64,000 bases of DNA. Source: Candidatus Heimdallarchaeota archaeon. Its GTDB lineage: Archaea > Asgardarchaeota > Heimdallarchaeia > Hodarchaeales > Hodarchaeaceae. Positions 55,174-64,000 of the stretch are shown piece after piece. Each line of letters opens with the position of its first letter. Within the stretch, counting starts at the first letter, position 1. The notes below the pieces were generated by a model. The model was not told the origin of the DNA. It did no database searches and saw only the letters and a program-made list of their open reading frames with translations. The translations under genes were made by a program, and so were the position numbers. The stretch lies in NCBI GenBank assembly GCA_048881705.1, contig JBHLSH010000001.1:140688-204687 (forward strand), given 5' to 3'.

Positions 55174-56274
55174 TCAATCTATTCCAGTCATTTCAATTGC
55201 ATTAACTGCGGCCTGATGCGTAAGGCCTTCTGATAGAATTGTATATCGGTCAGGACGAATGTTATGGGCCATTGTGAGCGCCTCTAGTAGAATATCACGG
55301 TCAATGCCGAGGTCTTGAAGTGTCGCGGGTGCATTTACTTCTTTTAGAATTCTTGAAATCCTCTTCCAATTTCCGCCATGCAAATACATCATCAAAATTG
55401 AACTAAGGCCTGTTTGGTGACCATGAGCTAAAGTAAAATCATATTTAGGGGCCAATTTATCTAAGGCATGGCTCACGAGATGTTCTGAACCGCTAGCTGG
55501 TCGCGATGACCCTGCAATGCACATTGCGACCCCACTACTCCCTAATGCTTTCATTAAAACCCGAACTCCTTGTTCGCTGAAAAATTGTCTCCCCAAGGAT
55601 TTGATACCTTCCTCTACCATCGTAGCGGTCATCTCTGAAAATGTTGCTGCATATATATCAAAACTAACTCCTTTTAATCGTTGAGCTAACCTCCAATCTC
55701 TCACAGCTACCCATTTAGAGAGAATATCTCCCACCCCTGCAGTTAGAGATCCTTTGGGTGCCCCGCTTATTAGTGTTGTATCCCCCACAATAGCAAGTGG
55801 AGAGATAGGCTTGAGTTCAATTGGTTTTTCTTTGGATTTTGACCTAGAAATCTGTTCCCGTAAAATGTAGTTTATGTACGGACTTGAGAATCCATCATGA
55901 CTTGCATTTGTAGGTACAGCGATGTATTCAGTATTAGCCATTCCAGCAATGATCTTGACATAATCAATCACTTTACCTCCACCAACGGCCATCAAGAATG
56001 TTGTGCGATCGGTTGAGATTGAGGAGGCTAGAGAATGGAGTTGAGATAGCTTTATAGTCTCAGGAAGTGCTGTATGTGAAAATTCGATCGAATTCGGGGT
56101 TTCTTGAACAAGGGGAATGATCATCCTTTCCGTAATTCTTTTGGTATGGGTTTGGCCACTAAAAATTCGGATTTTTTTAATTCCCAGTTCATGAAACACA
56201 TTGGGAAGTCGAGAAATGGCATTAGGCCCGAAAGAAACGAGCCTTGATACATTAATGGTCTGAATATGTGCCAA
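55174..56274 (-). CDS. egsA: NAD(P)-dependent glycerol-1-phosphate dehydrogenase
   Basis: GGGKVID, PTNASHDG, SRPASGSEHLVSHALD, HGHQ, RPDRYTIL. Confidence 0.93.
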   Translation of the reverse strand: MAHIQTINVSRLVSFGPNAISRLPNVFHELGIKKIRIFSGQTHTKRITERMIIPLVQETPNSIEFSHTALPETIKLSQLHSLASSISTDRTTFLMAVGGGKVIDYVKIIAGMANTEYIAVPTNASHDGFSSPYINYILREQISRSKSKEKPIELKPISPLAIVGDTTLISGAPKGSLTAGVGDILSKWVAVRDWRLAQRLKGVSFDIYAATFSEMTATMVEEGIKSLGRQFFSEQGVRVLMKALGSSGVAMCIAGSSRPASGSEHLVSHALDKLAPKYDFTLAHGHQTGLSSILMMYLHGGNWKRISRILKEVNAPATLQDLGIDRDILLEALTMAHNIRPDRYTILSEGLTHQAAVNAIEMTGID

Positions 56275-56291
56275 AAGATAACCTCGGAGCT

Positions 56292-57350
56292 CTAGGATGA
56301 GTCTTCGTCATTTTGGGGAGTTATATCTTTAAAACTTTCTCTAAAAGTTGAATCCTTCGAGACCCGTATCAATTCATTACCACCAAGCTTAATGATTGAA
56401 TATCCGCCCAAAAGGCCCAGGATAAACGTTTTCATTACACGATCGATCACCGCGACCAAGGTAGCAAACGTTCCTGGATAATTGGGAGCGTTAATAAGGA
56501 CAAAAGCTACCATTACTTCGTATCCACCGATTGACCCTGGTAATATCGGGAAGAAAAAGGTAATATTGCCTGCGGCTGACGCCGAAATTGCCCATGGAAG
56601 ATCAATGAGTTCAACCACTGGAAAAACCGAAGTGGCAATCACAAATAACATTACGCCCTCTAGTAGCCAGATTGCAATAGAGGTTACAAGCCCTTTGATT
56701 AGTAAGGACGGAGTCGAACTAAGGTCACTTACTCCAAGAATAAATGATCTATAAGCAGATGATAATCGTATCTCTAGAAATTTCGGGAAGAGGCTGATAA
56801 ACCTGATCCCTATCTCGGGGTGCCAGCTAAAGATCGCAATTATGCACAACCCTATGCCAGTAATAATGAATAATAGAAAGATTAGAGTTTGAAGGACTTC
56901 GTAGTCGGATGTCTGAGGTAAAGAGCCCCCGATGGCGATCAAGCTTCCGATGATAACTACAAGAAGGCTTATTACGCTCAAAACCTGTTCAATAACGATT
57001 GACGAAAAAGTATCCGCGTAACGTGTATCATGATATCTTTTCAATACGTATAATCGAACTGTTTCCCCAGCACGGGCAATTGTAAACAAATTTATTGCCA
57101 GGGCTGAAACTGTTGGCGGAGCTAACGTTTTCATTGAGAGATCAACTCCTTGGGCCTGAAGGAGAATTTTCCAGCGATATGTTCTTACAATAAGATCAAT
57201 AAAATATAGTACGCTCAATATTGAAACGACCCAGATCCCTAAATGGAGCAATTTGTCTACAAGAGTCTCCGGATTGATCCATATCAATAAGAGAAGCAGG
57301 ACGCTAAACGTCAGAGCGTAAATCACTAAGTTGTAATACCGATTTGGCAT
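56292..57350 (-). CDS. UPF0104 / LPG-synthase-TM (flippase-like) membrane protein
   Basis: RTYRWKILL, AINLFT.ARAGE.VR, PGSIGGYE, DR motif near the C-terminus, about 8 TM helices. Confidence 0.85.
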   Translation of the reverse strand: MPNRYYNLVIYALTFSVLLLLLIWINPETLVDKLLHLGIWVVSILSVLYFIDLIVRTYRWKILLQAQGVDLSMKTLAPPTVSALAINLFTIARAGETVRLYVLKRYHDTRYADTFSSIVIEQVLSVISLLVVIIGSLIAIGGSLPQTSDYEVLQTLIFLLFIITGIGLCIIAIFSWHPEIGIRFISLFPKFLEIRLSSAYRSFILGVSDLSSTPSLLIKGLVTSIAIWLLEGVMLFVIATSVFPVVELIDLPWAISASAAGNITFFFPILPGSIGGYEVMVAFVLINAPNYPGTFATLVAVIDRVMKTFILGLLGGYSIIKLGGNELIRVSKDSTFRESFKDITPQNDEDSS

Positions 57351-57356
57351 CCCATA

Positions 57357-59282
57357 TCACATTTCTTCAACTATTGGAATACCCAATAGATGTAGGGCAT
57401 TAACCATAACGATTTGGAAGGCACGAACCAAGTCGATACGAAAGGCTTGAAGATCTGGATTATCCGCTGATATTACACGAGAAGTCTCATAGAAACGATT
57501 AAAAGCTGCCGCTAGTTCATAGGTGTAATTGGCAATCTGTATGGGCTGAAATGCCGAGGCAGCTTTAACAACAACCTCTGGAAACTCAGCCATCTTCAAG
57601 ACCAAGCTTTGTTCATGAGAGGTAATTTGGGAATTTATGAGGACATATTTCCGCGGGATGAAGGAGGAGGGGAGCTTCTCAAGAATTTTTGATGCTCTGA
57701 CGTATGCATATTGCAGAAATGGGCCGGTATCACCCTCCAACGAGGTCGCATCATCAATTGTAAATTTAATCTCGGTTTCCGTTGAAAATTTTGCCAACCA
57801 ATAGCGGATGGCCCCAATAGCTATTCTTTTGGTTATCTTCTCCTTTTTACGAAGATCTTCCCCAAGATCAGGTCTTTTTGAGGTGAGAACCTTAAAGGCC
57901 GCCTCCTGTGTGTCCTCTAAGACAGCATCAGCCCAAGCCCGTTCCTCAAACCAATTCCCCGTTCTTCCCGAGAACCGAGCGTGGGGAGCAGATACGTGCT
58001 TGTAGGATCTATGGTATGAGTTTTGAAACTGTTCATTAAGATTCAGAAGCTTCAATGAATAGCGTACAATATCCTGTAGATAGTCTTGTTCTACCCCGAT
58101 TACATTGCACACGCGATCTGCGTTTCCAAATTCCCTTTTTTGATGTGATCGCTCTAGATCCAAGTCAGTACTAGTCCAAAGAGGTCTTTGGGTATGTATA
58201 TCCACTCCCTGACATGTTAGAGGGCTACTAAGAAGTGGAGTTTTCACCAAACCAAATTTCCAAAGCTGTAATGCGACATCATGTGCTACATACGTAGGGA
58301 CACCGTTAGATCGTACGAAGATTTTGGATGGATTTTTTTTATCTTGAAATTCGGGCAAACGACCCAAATCCGCGATAAAACATCCGGCATTCACTCCATC
58401 CTTTTCCCACATGAATGCATCATTCTTTTCAAGAAGTTGAAAAGTTTCTTCCCAGATACCTGATCGGGAAATATCTGACTCCCATACCAAGTAATCATAG
58501 GTGATTCCGTGGCGCCAGGCTGTCTCCAAGTTGGCATCAACACAGGCCTGACAAATAGATCTCATGTACCGATACAGAACTGGATCTTTTTTTAGCTCAA
58601 TCATTATTCTATCGACTTCGTTCCAGTTCTCGTCTTTCTCCAGTAGATCGTTACAATAGGAATAGACCCTACCCAGCCAGACATCAAACTTTTCTTGTAA
58701 GGCTCGTTTGACGTCCAGATGGTGACTATTGAGGTACCCCCAAATTAGGGTAGCAACCTGTCTTCCCAAATCATCGATTAAGTTCTGAACTTCTACCTGC
58801 CATCCATTCCAATAGTATAATCGAGCAATAATGTCACCTAGAACCGCATTTCGTAAGTTACCTATATGAAGCGGTTTTACGGGATTGATTGATGTGTGCT
58901 CAACAACTATTTTTCTGTTGACTCCACTCGTGTTTTGCCCATACTGCTCATCGGCCATCAGAATTTTCTGAGTAAGATGAGGTATCAAGGTTATAAAATC
59001 AAAGAAAAAGTTCACATATCCTTTTTTTGCCTCAGCTCGGGCTATGAATCCTGTATCTGATAGCTTAGAGTTTAAAATTTTCGTTAGAGTTTCGGCAATT
59101 TGAAATGGTGACTGTTTGAGTTTTTTGGTTAGCTTAAACGCGATATTGGAAGACCGCTCACCAAATTCGATTGAGGGAGGGATTTCTATTGAATCTCGAA
59201 TGGTTTCCCTTAGGTTCGAATCTATCTCTGTCAGCGTATTGATAGATTTTTCAAGTAACGGATAAACCATATCACTAAGCAT
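57357..59282 (-). CDS. argS: Arginyl-tRNA synthetase
   Basis: EHTSINPVKPLHIGNLRN, VIGVEQ, FSGRTG, EGDTGPFLQYAYVR, DALR-type FNRFYE...IVEEM. Confidence 0.95.
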   Translation of the reverse strand: MLSDMVYPLLEKSINTLTEIDSNLRETIRDSIEIPPSIEFGERSSNIAFKLTKKLKQSPFQIAETLTKILNSKLSDTGFIARAEAKKGYVNFFFDFITLIPHLTQKILMADEQYGQNTSGVNRKIVVEHTSINPVKPLHIGNLRNAVLGDIIARLYYWNGWQVEVQNLIDDLGRQVATLIWGYLNSHHLDVKRALQEKFDVWLGRVYSYCNDLLEKDENWNEVDRIMIELKKDPVLYRYMRSICQACVDANLETAWRHGITYDYLVWESDISRSGIWEETFQLLEKNDAFMWEKDGVNAGCFIADLGRLPEFQDKKNPSKIFVRSNGVPTYVAHDVALQLWKFGLVKTPLLSSPLTCQGVDIHTQRPLWTSTDLDLERSHQKREFGNADRVCNVIGVEQDYLQDIVRYSLKLLNLNEQFQNSYHRSYKHVSAPHARFSGRTGNWFEERAWADAVLEDTQEAAFKVLTSKRPDLGEDLRKKEKITKRIAIGAIRYWLAKFSTETEIKFTIDDATSLEGDTGPFLQYAYVRASKILEKLPSSFIPRKYVLINSQITSHEQSLVLKMAEFPEVVVKAASAFQPIQIANYTYELAAAFNRFYETSRVISADNPDLQAFRIDLVRAFQIVMVNALHLLGIPIVEEM

Positions 59283-59576
59283 TGTTCCAGTTCACCGGTA
59301 TTCAATCAATATCTGCGGAGAAAGAATCTATTTTTCTGTTTTCGCTAAGATACGATTCGAGAATATTACAGCAAGAAATGAAATTACAACGTTTCTAATT
59401 CGAATTTGTTAAATATTTCAAGACAAACCAATTTCTCAGAATCATAGCTTCTTTGAAAGATCCCCATTCAATCCAGGGGCTAATCTAATGGCCCTTTACC
59501 ATTTAAAAAAAGTCAAGAGGAGGCAATTGTTGGAGGGAAGCACATTCCATGAATTAATTCTAGTTGGTGACGCTTA

Positions 59577-60857
59577 TTGGTACCTTATTATGCACAATTA
59601 GCTGATTGGACACGATTCATTCCTGAGAGTGAAATCAGGCGTTTGCTGAAGATTAAGGTCAAGTACTATTTTGCGGGAGGATTACCAGGTAGTCTTCCTT
59701 TAGATACCTTTAAGAACATATTAACGGAAATTGGAGATGATTTGGAGACCAATGGAATTCATATTTTGAACTATGGTCCTACAACTGGCATTCCTTCCCT
59801 AAAACGTACCTTAGAGGAGAGATTGATCCGGGTGGACGGAATTTCTATTCCTCGAGGTCCAGAAGATATACTTGTCTCTACCGGATCCCAGCAGATGATA
59901 TATGGGCTTCTTGATGTTCTATTACGTCCCAGAGACGTTGTGATTATGCCCCGCCCAGCATATCTAGGGTTCGTGGTACCTGTTACCAAACTTGGTGGAG
60001 ATGTTCTCACTGTACCCAGTGACAGTGGTGGAATTACTCCTGAAAATGTCCAGAAAGCTGTTGACACTAGTAAAAAAGTTCTCAATCGCACGCCTAAGGC
60101 GCTTTATGTTGTTCCTGACTCTGATAATCCTACGGGAACTACCCTCTCTGAAAAACGACGTAAACAGATCTTCGAAATCTGTGCATCTGAGGAAATTCTA
60201 GTTATTGAGGACGCCGCTTATCGCGAGATCCAGTTCGAGAAGGTTCCGCCCCCTATCAAATACTACGATTCGGAGAATGAATGGGTTGCATATCTCCGTA
60301 CCAGCAGTAAAGAAGCTGCGGTTTTGAGACTGGGGTATTCCGTAATTCCAGAGGTTTTAATGCCAGGGATGACTAAGGTTAAAGGATACTTGGATCTATG
60401 TACTCCAACTCTCAATCAAAAGATTCTAGAGATTTATTATTCCAAATATATTGATAACGTTTTAAAGGATAATCTAAAGGTCTATAAAGAAAGACGCGAC
60501 ATTATGCAAAAGACTATAGATGCTCATTTTCCTTCAGCCGCTTCTCGGACAAACCCTACGGGGGGATTCTTCTTTTGGGTCAGGTTAGAAGACGAAACGT
60601 TCAATTCAACTCGTTTTCTCCAAGACATTGCCATCCAAAATGATGTCATCTATGTACCCGGTCAGGCCTTTTATCCCATTCGGGGGTACTCCATTCATGC
60701 GACGGAATCAGGACTCTTTGGAAATCGAGTTAAAACCAATGGAATGCGTCTTAGCTATTCGTTTACCTCTCCTAAGGCCATTGAAGAGGGTTTGTCCCAG
60801 CTGGGAAATCTTCTCACGAAGGAAATCGAACCTAAAACGCATCTGGTTCATTCCTAG
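59577..60857 (+). CDS. Class I PLP aminotransferase (2-aminoadipate/aromatic, ARO8/LysN-like)
   Basis: SEIRRLL, FAGGLP, LNYG.T.G, GSQQ, NPTG, EDAAY, TSSK...RLGY, GGFFFW, VPG.AF, RLSYS. Confidence 0.9.
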   Translation: MVPYYAQLADWTRFIPESEIRRLLKIKVKYYFAGGLPGSLPLDTFKNILTEIGDDLETNGIHILNYGPTTGIPSLKRTLEERLIRVDGISIPRGPEDILVSTGSQQMIYGLLDVLLRPRDVVIMPRPAYLGFVVPVTKLGGDVLTVPSDSGGITPENVQKAVDTSKKVLNRTPKALYVVPDSDNPTGTTLSEKRRKQIFEICASEEILVIEDAAYREIQFEKVPPPIKYYDSENEWVAYLRTSSKEAAVLRLGYSVIPEVLMPGMTKVKGYLDLCTPTLNQKILEIYYSKYIDNVLKDNLKVYKERRDIMQKTIDAHFPSAASRTNPTGGFFFWVRLEDETFNSTRFLQDIAIQNDVIYVPGQAFYPIRGYSIHATESGLFGNRVKTNGMRLSYSFTSPKAIEEGLSQLGNLLTKEIEPKTHLVHS

Positions 60858-60880
60858 GCCTTTCTTATTTGCAAAGTACC

Positions 60881-62560
60881 TTATGAAAACTTTCCTGGAT
60901 TTATATACCATGTATGTCCCGGAAACGCCTGCGGCCTTAGCTGTCGCATGAAAGTGTTGCAAAGTTTGTGTGTTCCTGTGAGAACCGCTAAATCAAGCCA
61001 ATTCCAAGAGGTTTCTTGGGCAGATTTCTCAGGTGTAAACCGCCCGTAATTTATTGACAGCATCAGCTCGCTTCTCCGTACTTGCTGCCTCAATTGCTGA
61101 TTTTGCGGGTGATTCTCTAATGCTGATTTCATTTCCTCAAGTCGAGTAGTCTCGTCAATGTACTTAGATTTTAGTAGGTGTTGCATTTGATTTAATGATT
61201 TTTGAAGACTAGATTCATCTGTACTGTTGTTAAATTGATCAAAAATTAAGTATGTTTGCTCTTCTAGCAATAGGGTTTTGTTTTCAATCGCAGATTTTTC
61301 GGCCCAAGGAGAATTGTAATAAATCCTGTTGGAACGGATCGTGATTGGAATAAGGTCGATCTTAAGCCGTTTCATTGCAGGAACCACTGCCGAATAGTAC
61401 TGAACTTCTCCACTACCTCCAACATGAACCAACAGGGGGAAAATCAGACTATTTATCACGGCTCTAGAATCAGATCGAGGTGTTATGTGAGGAGCCATCT
61501 CGCTAAAGTCTGGGTGATCTGGATTATATGAGAAGCTATAATTCTCCGCACAGGCAGGACATTGCCCCTCCAGTGTGCCTAGTCTAACTACGTGTAATTC
61601 GACTCGGGTTTTGTGGGGGCATTGAAGACATTCCAGAAAGAAGGGAACGTAATCAGACGTCCTAACAGGGAGCCCAGGAGAAATAGATTGAGAAATCAAG
61701 CTATCATGTATTTGATTCAAGGTGTCAATATATTGAAGACGGTTGGTTTCTTGCATAAGAAATTCGAATCCAGGCAGTATCAGAGTACGAAATTTCAAAT
61801 CACTTGAAGGGCAGATAAAGATGTCCAATCGATTCTGAATATTGAAAAGTTTACTCCAAATCAGTTCGGTCCAATGGGAAAAATTCTCAGCCGATATTCT
61901 GCTCTCAAACATTAAATGGTACCATTGATAGAATCGTTCCAATAGTAGGAGGCGAAGATCTGGCCTAACCTTGGCCATCTTCATCAACTGTCGTAGGTTT
62001 TCATGGATCTTATGTTCGATTTCTTCCAACCACGAGAGATGGGGAGCAGGAACCTTGTACATAGGGGTGGCCTCCGGCACTCCCCATGAGGAGGGCGTGA
62101 GAACCAGTCCCGTAGGAGATTTGGCCTGTGGAACACGGGCAATGGTTAATTCGTTTTGAATGGCGTCATGATCACCAATATAAAAGAACGTTCCAATTCC
62201 CAATAGATCACCCAGCCACGAGGATAAAGAAATCTTATTCGCTAAGAAGGATGGCCCTCCAAGCATCAAGGGTTGATGTCCCACATCTAAAAAGCCGTGG
62301 TTAAGCCGATTTAGGGCTTCTTGAACCTCGAATGTCAATGTTCCCAAGCTTTTGTGTCGTTTAATGACGATTCGACGGAGTTCCTCAATATTATCAAGGT
62401 ATTTATCAAGATTTACGGTTTTTTGCTGATTGATCACCATTTTTTTGAGCATCTGATATGAAGATGGGACTTTTCCCCACAGGTTCTGACTAAGCTTCGT
62501 GGGCGAGCCCATAGCGGCCAAACGATATAGTTCTAATTGTGAAGTAGTCCCACTATTCAT
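60881..62560 (-). CDS. BshC-like (bacillithiol cysteine-adding enzyme family) protein
   Basis: VGHQP.MLGGP...KI, GDHDAIQNE, GGSGEVQYY, C-terminal coiled coil. Contains an inserted CLQC...CPAC. Confidence 0.7.
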   Translation of the reverse strand: MNSGTTSQLELYRLAAMGSPTKLSQNLWGKVPSSYQMLKKMVINQQKTVNLDKYLDNIEELRRIVIKRHKSLGTLTFEVQEALNRLNHGFLDVGHQPLMLGGPSFLANKISLSSWLGDLLGIGTFFYIGDHDAIQNELTIARVPQAKSPTGLVLTPSSWGVPEATPMYKVPAPHLSWLEEIEHKIHENLRQLMKMAKVRPDLRLLLLERFYQWYHLMFESRISAENFSHWTELIWSKLFNIQNRLDIFICPSSDLKFRTLILPGFEFLMQETNRLQYIDTLNQIHDSLISQSISPGLPVRTSDYVPFFLECLQCPHKTRVELHVVRLGTLEGQCPACAENYSFSYNPDHPDFSEMAPHITPRSDSRAVINSLIFPLLVHVGGSGEVQYYSAVVPAMKRLKIDLIPITIRSNRIYYNSPWAEKSAIENKTLLLEEQTYLIFDQFNNSTDESSLQKSLNQMQHLLKSKYIDETTRLEEMKSALENHPQNQQLRQQVRRSELMLSINYGRFTPEKSAQETSWNWLDLAVLTGTHKLCNTFMRQLRPQAFPGHTWYINPGKFS

Positions 62561-62822
62561 ATAACATCAGGAGCGGGAGTGATGTAAATGGTTCAAATTC
62601 GTTCTGGTACGGTTAAAAAAAACCTATCCCCTAGGTTTCTGGGTAAAATCCTACGATTTCCCTTGTGGATCCGTTCCAGTAACCCCCGTCTCAGGAGAAT
62701 ACATACTTCATTTCAAAATTCTTTTATAGCTGGCTTCTAACAAACAATTAACACCAGCATCTGTAACGGTCCAGAATCTGTAACGGAATCCCGCGTTTTT
62801 AATTGTCCAAGAGGTTTCCTTC

Positions 62823-64000
62823 ATGCAGCTTAATAGATTGATGAAGAACAAAAAACGAGCTATTTCTCCTGTTATTGCAGTTATTCTACTTATCGGGCTT
62901 GCAGTGGCCGCTTCCGCTGCAATATTCCTCGTTATTCTTCCCCTATTATCACCAACTAGTAATTTGCAAATTAATGACGCATTTGTTATCTATGATGCAG
63001 ATTACACCAAAAATTTAGATCAAGGGGAAGGATTCGGTAAAGGTACGATTACAGTTGCAAATGTAGGAACGGGAGAAATCAATCTTCTCTCGATGAAGGT
63101 CTTTTGGGGATCAACTGTGAGCGGCCCCTGGAATGAAATCACAGCAGGAGTAGCGTCTTTCCAGAATATCTCGAATAGTAATCCATACACAGTTCCACCT
63201 CTTACCACGGACAAGGATTTATCGGTTCGATTTCCAATTCCTGTTGAGAACGACAACCAAACCCTTTTCTACCGACTAACTCTTCAAACTGATGAAGGAG
63301 CAACACTAGATACCAGCCTTGAAGAAGAAACGGTATCTTCAAACGATATGAGACTGATCAAGGACCAACCCGACATCTCGTTCACGGGAACAATCGGTAC
63401 TATACGTAAGACGAATACAATTTCCCCTGTTGTAGATGATAATGCAGGTATTAAGAATGTGACATATGAGGTCTCTGCGGATCCGAGCTTTTCATCTATT
63501 GATCAAACTAAAGTTATAACTGACTCATCTTTATGGCAATGGAGTTGGAATACGTTTAACTACACAACCGAAGGGTTAGATAACGGAACCTACTATATTC
63601 GAATCACAGTCTATGATTATGCTGGATTGTCAGCCGTTGTTGAACCTGGCAGTTTCGTTATTGATAATGACTATATCGCTCCGAATATAGATGTTTTATG
63701 GATCACCGATCCCTATCCAAACAACCAAACTGGAGAAGTAGGAGAAAGTATTTCTTTAACTGTTGAAATACTTGATGGAGGAACCCAAGTAGTCGGTGCT
63801 TCGGAAGTTGAATCAGTATTTCTGTATCATCGAGTTAGTGGTTCTTCAGATGTTTATAACCCAGTTACGATGTCTAGATCTGGATTAACAAATAATTGGA
63901 CAGGAACTATATCTTCAGGTTTTGTTGATTCAGTAGCTCTCGATAATGGACTCGAAAGTTATGTTGTAGCCGCTGATGACTCTGGAAATATAGCAAACAC
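62823..64000 (+). CDS. Type IV pilin-like protein (class III signal peptide) with Ig-like extensions; runs off the right edge; not in the ORF track
   Basis: Open from the ATG at 62823 (GAGGT RBS) to the window end: MQLNRLMKNKKRA/ISPVIAVILLIGLAVAASAAIFLVI..., later LDNGTYYIRITVYDYAG and YVVAADDSGN. Confidence 0.88.
   Translation, partial: MQLNRLMKNKKRAISPVIAVILLIGLAVAASAAIFLVILPLLSPTSNLQINDAFVIYDADYTKNLDQGEGFGKGTITVANVGTGEINLLSMKVFWGSTVSGPWNEITAGVASFQNISNSNPYTVPPLTTDKDLSVRFPIPVENDNQTLFYRLTLQTDEGATLDTSLEEETVSSNDMRLIKDQPDISFTGTIGTIRKTNTISPVVDDNAGIKNVTYEVSADPSFSSIDQTKVITDSSLWQWSWNTFNYTTEGLDNGTYYIRITVYDYAGLSAVVEPGSFVIDNDYIAPNIDVLWITDPYPNNQTGEVGESISLTVEILDGGTQVVGASEVESVFLYHRVSGSSDVYNPVTMSRSGLTNNWTGTISSGFVDSVALDNGLESYVVAADDSGNIAN

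Noticed and set aside
63020-63256. Minus-strand 78-aa ORF
   Set aside because: Antisense shadow of the pilin-like gene.
1-64000. tRNA/rRNA genes, transposases, integrases and recoded stops (Sec/Pyl)
   Set aside because: None recognised by eye. The T-loop-like strings at about 59214 and 62590 lack cloverleaf context. A tRNAscan-SE/Infernal run would be decisive.

Overview
A gene-dense 64 kb archaeal chromosome segment, most likely from an Asgard archaeon of the Heimdallarchaeia/Hodarchaeales type. This is inferred from archaeal markers (TFE, TFB, arcTGT, G1P dehydrogenase, class III signal peptide) occurring together with Roadblock proteins, an MglA-like GTPase and a tail-anchored Q-SNARE-like protein. 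I found no rRNA, tRNA, CRISPR array, integrase or transposase. Contents: a histidine-utilisation cluster (hutI, hutH, hutU, glnA, M20 hydrolase, kinase/M23/phospho-lyase fusion) with no recognisable hutG/hutF, tgtA, an aromatic amino-acid decarboxylase, CopB, class II RNR, a GT2 plus nucleotidyltransferase pair, GGPP synthase, TFB, LipA, a long M48 protease, a large surface glycoprotein, a helicase, an argS-flippase-egsA-rnhB-PMM operon, a BshC-like protein and a long type IV pilin-like protein. Four real genes are missing from the ORF track: TFE at the left edge, a CdrS-like RHH regulator (32325-32504), a 59-aa membrane protein (52727-52906) and the pilin at the right edge. The top candidate for an undescribed system is a four-gene cluster at 21020-24511. 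Its two flanking genes look like archaeal counterparts of the eukaryotic meiotic recombination cofactors Mnd1 (strong motif-level match) and Hop2 (moderate match). Other highlights are a Q-SNARE with all 16 layers in register, an RHH fused to an apparently inactive nucleotidyltransferase, and an 11-bp motif shared by two promoter regions. All homology calls come from reading motifs and from reference sequences recalled from memory; no database search was run.
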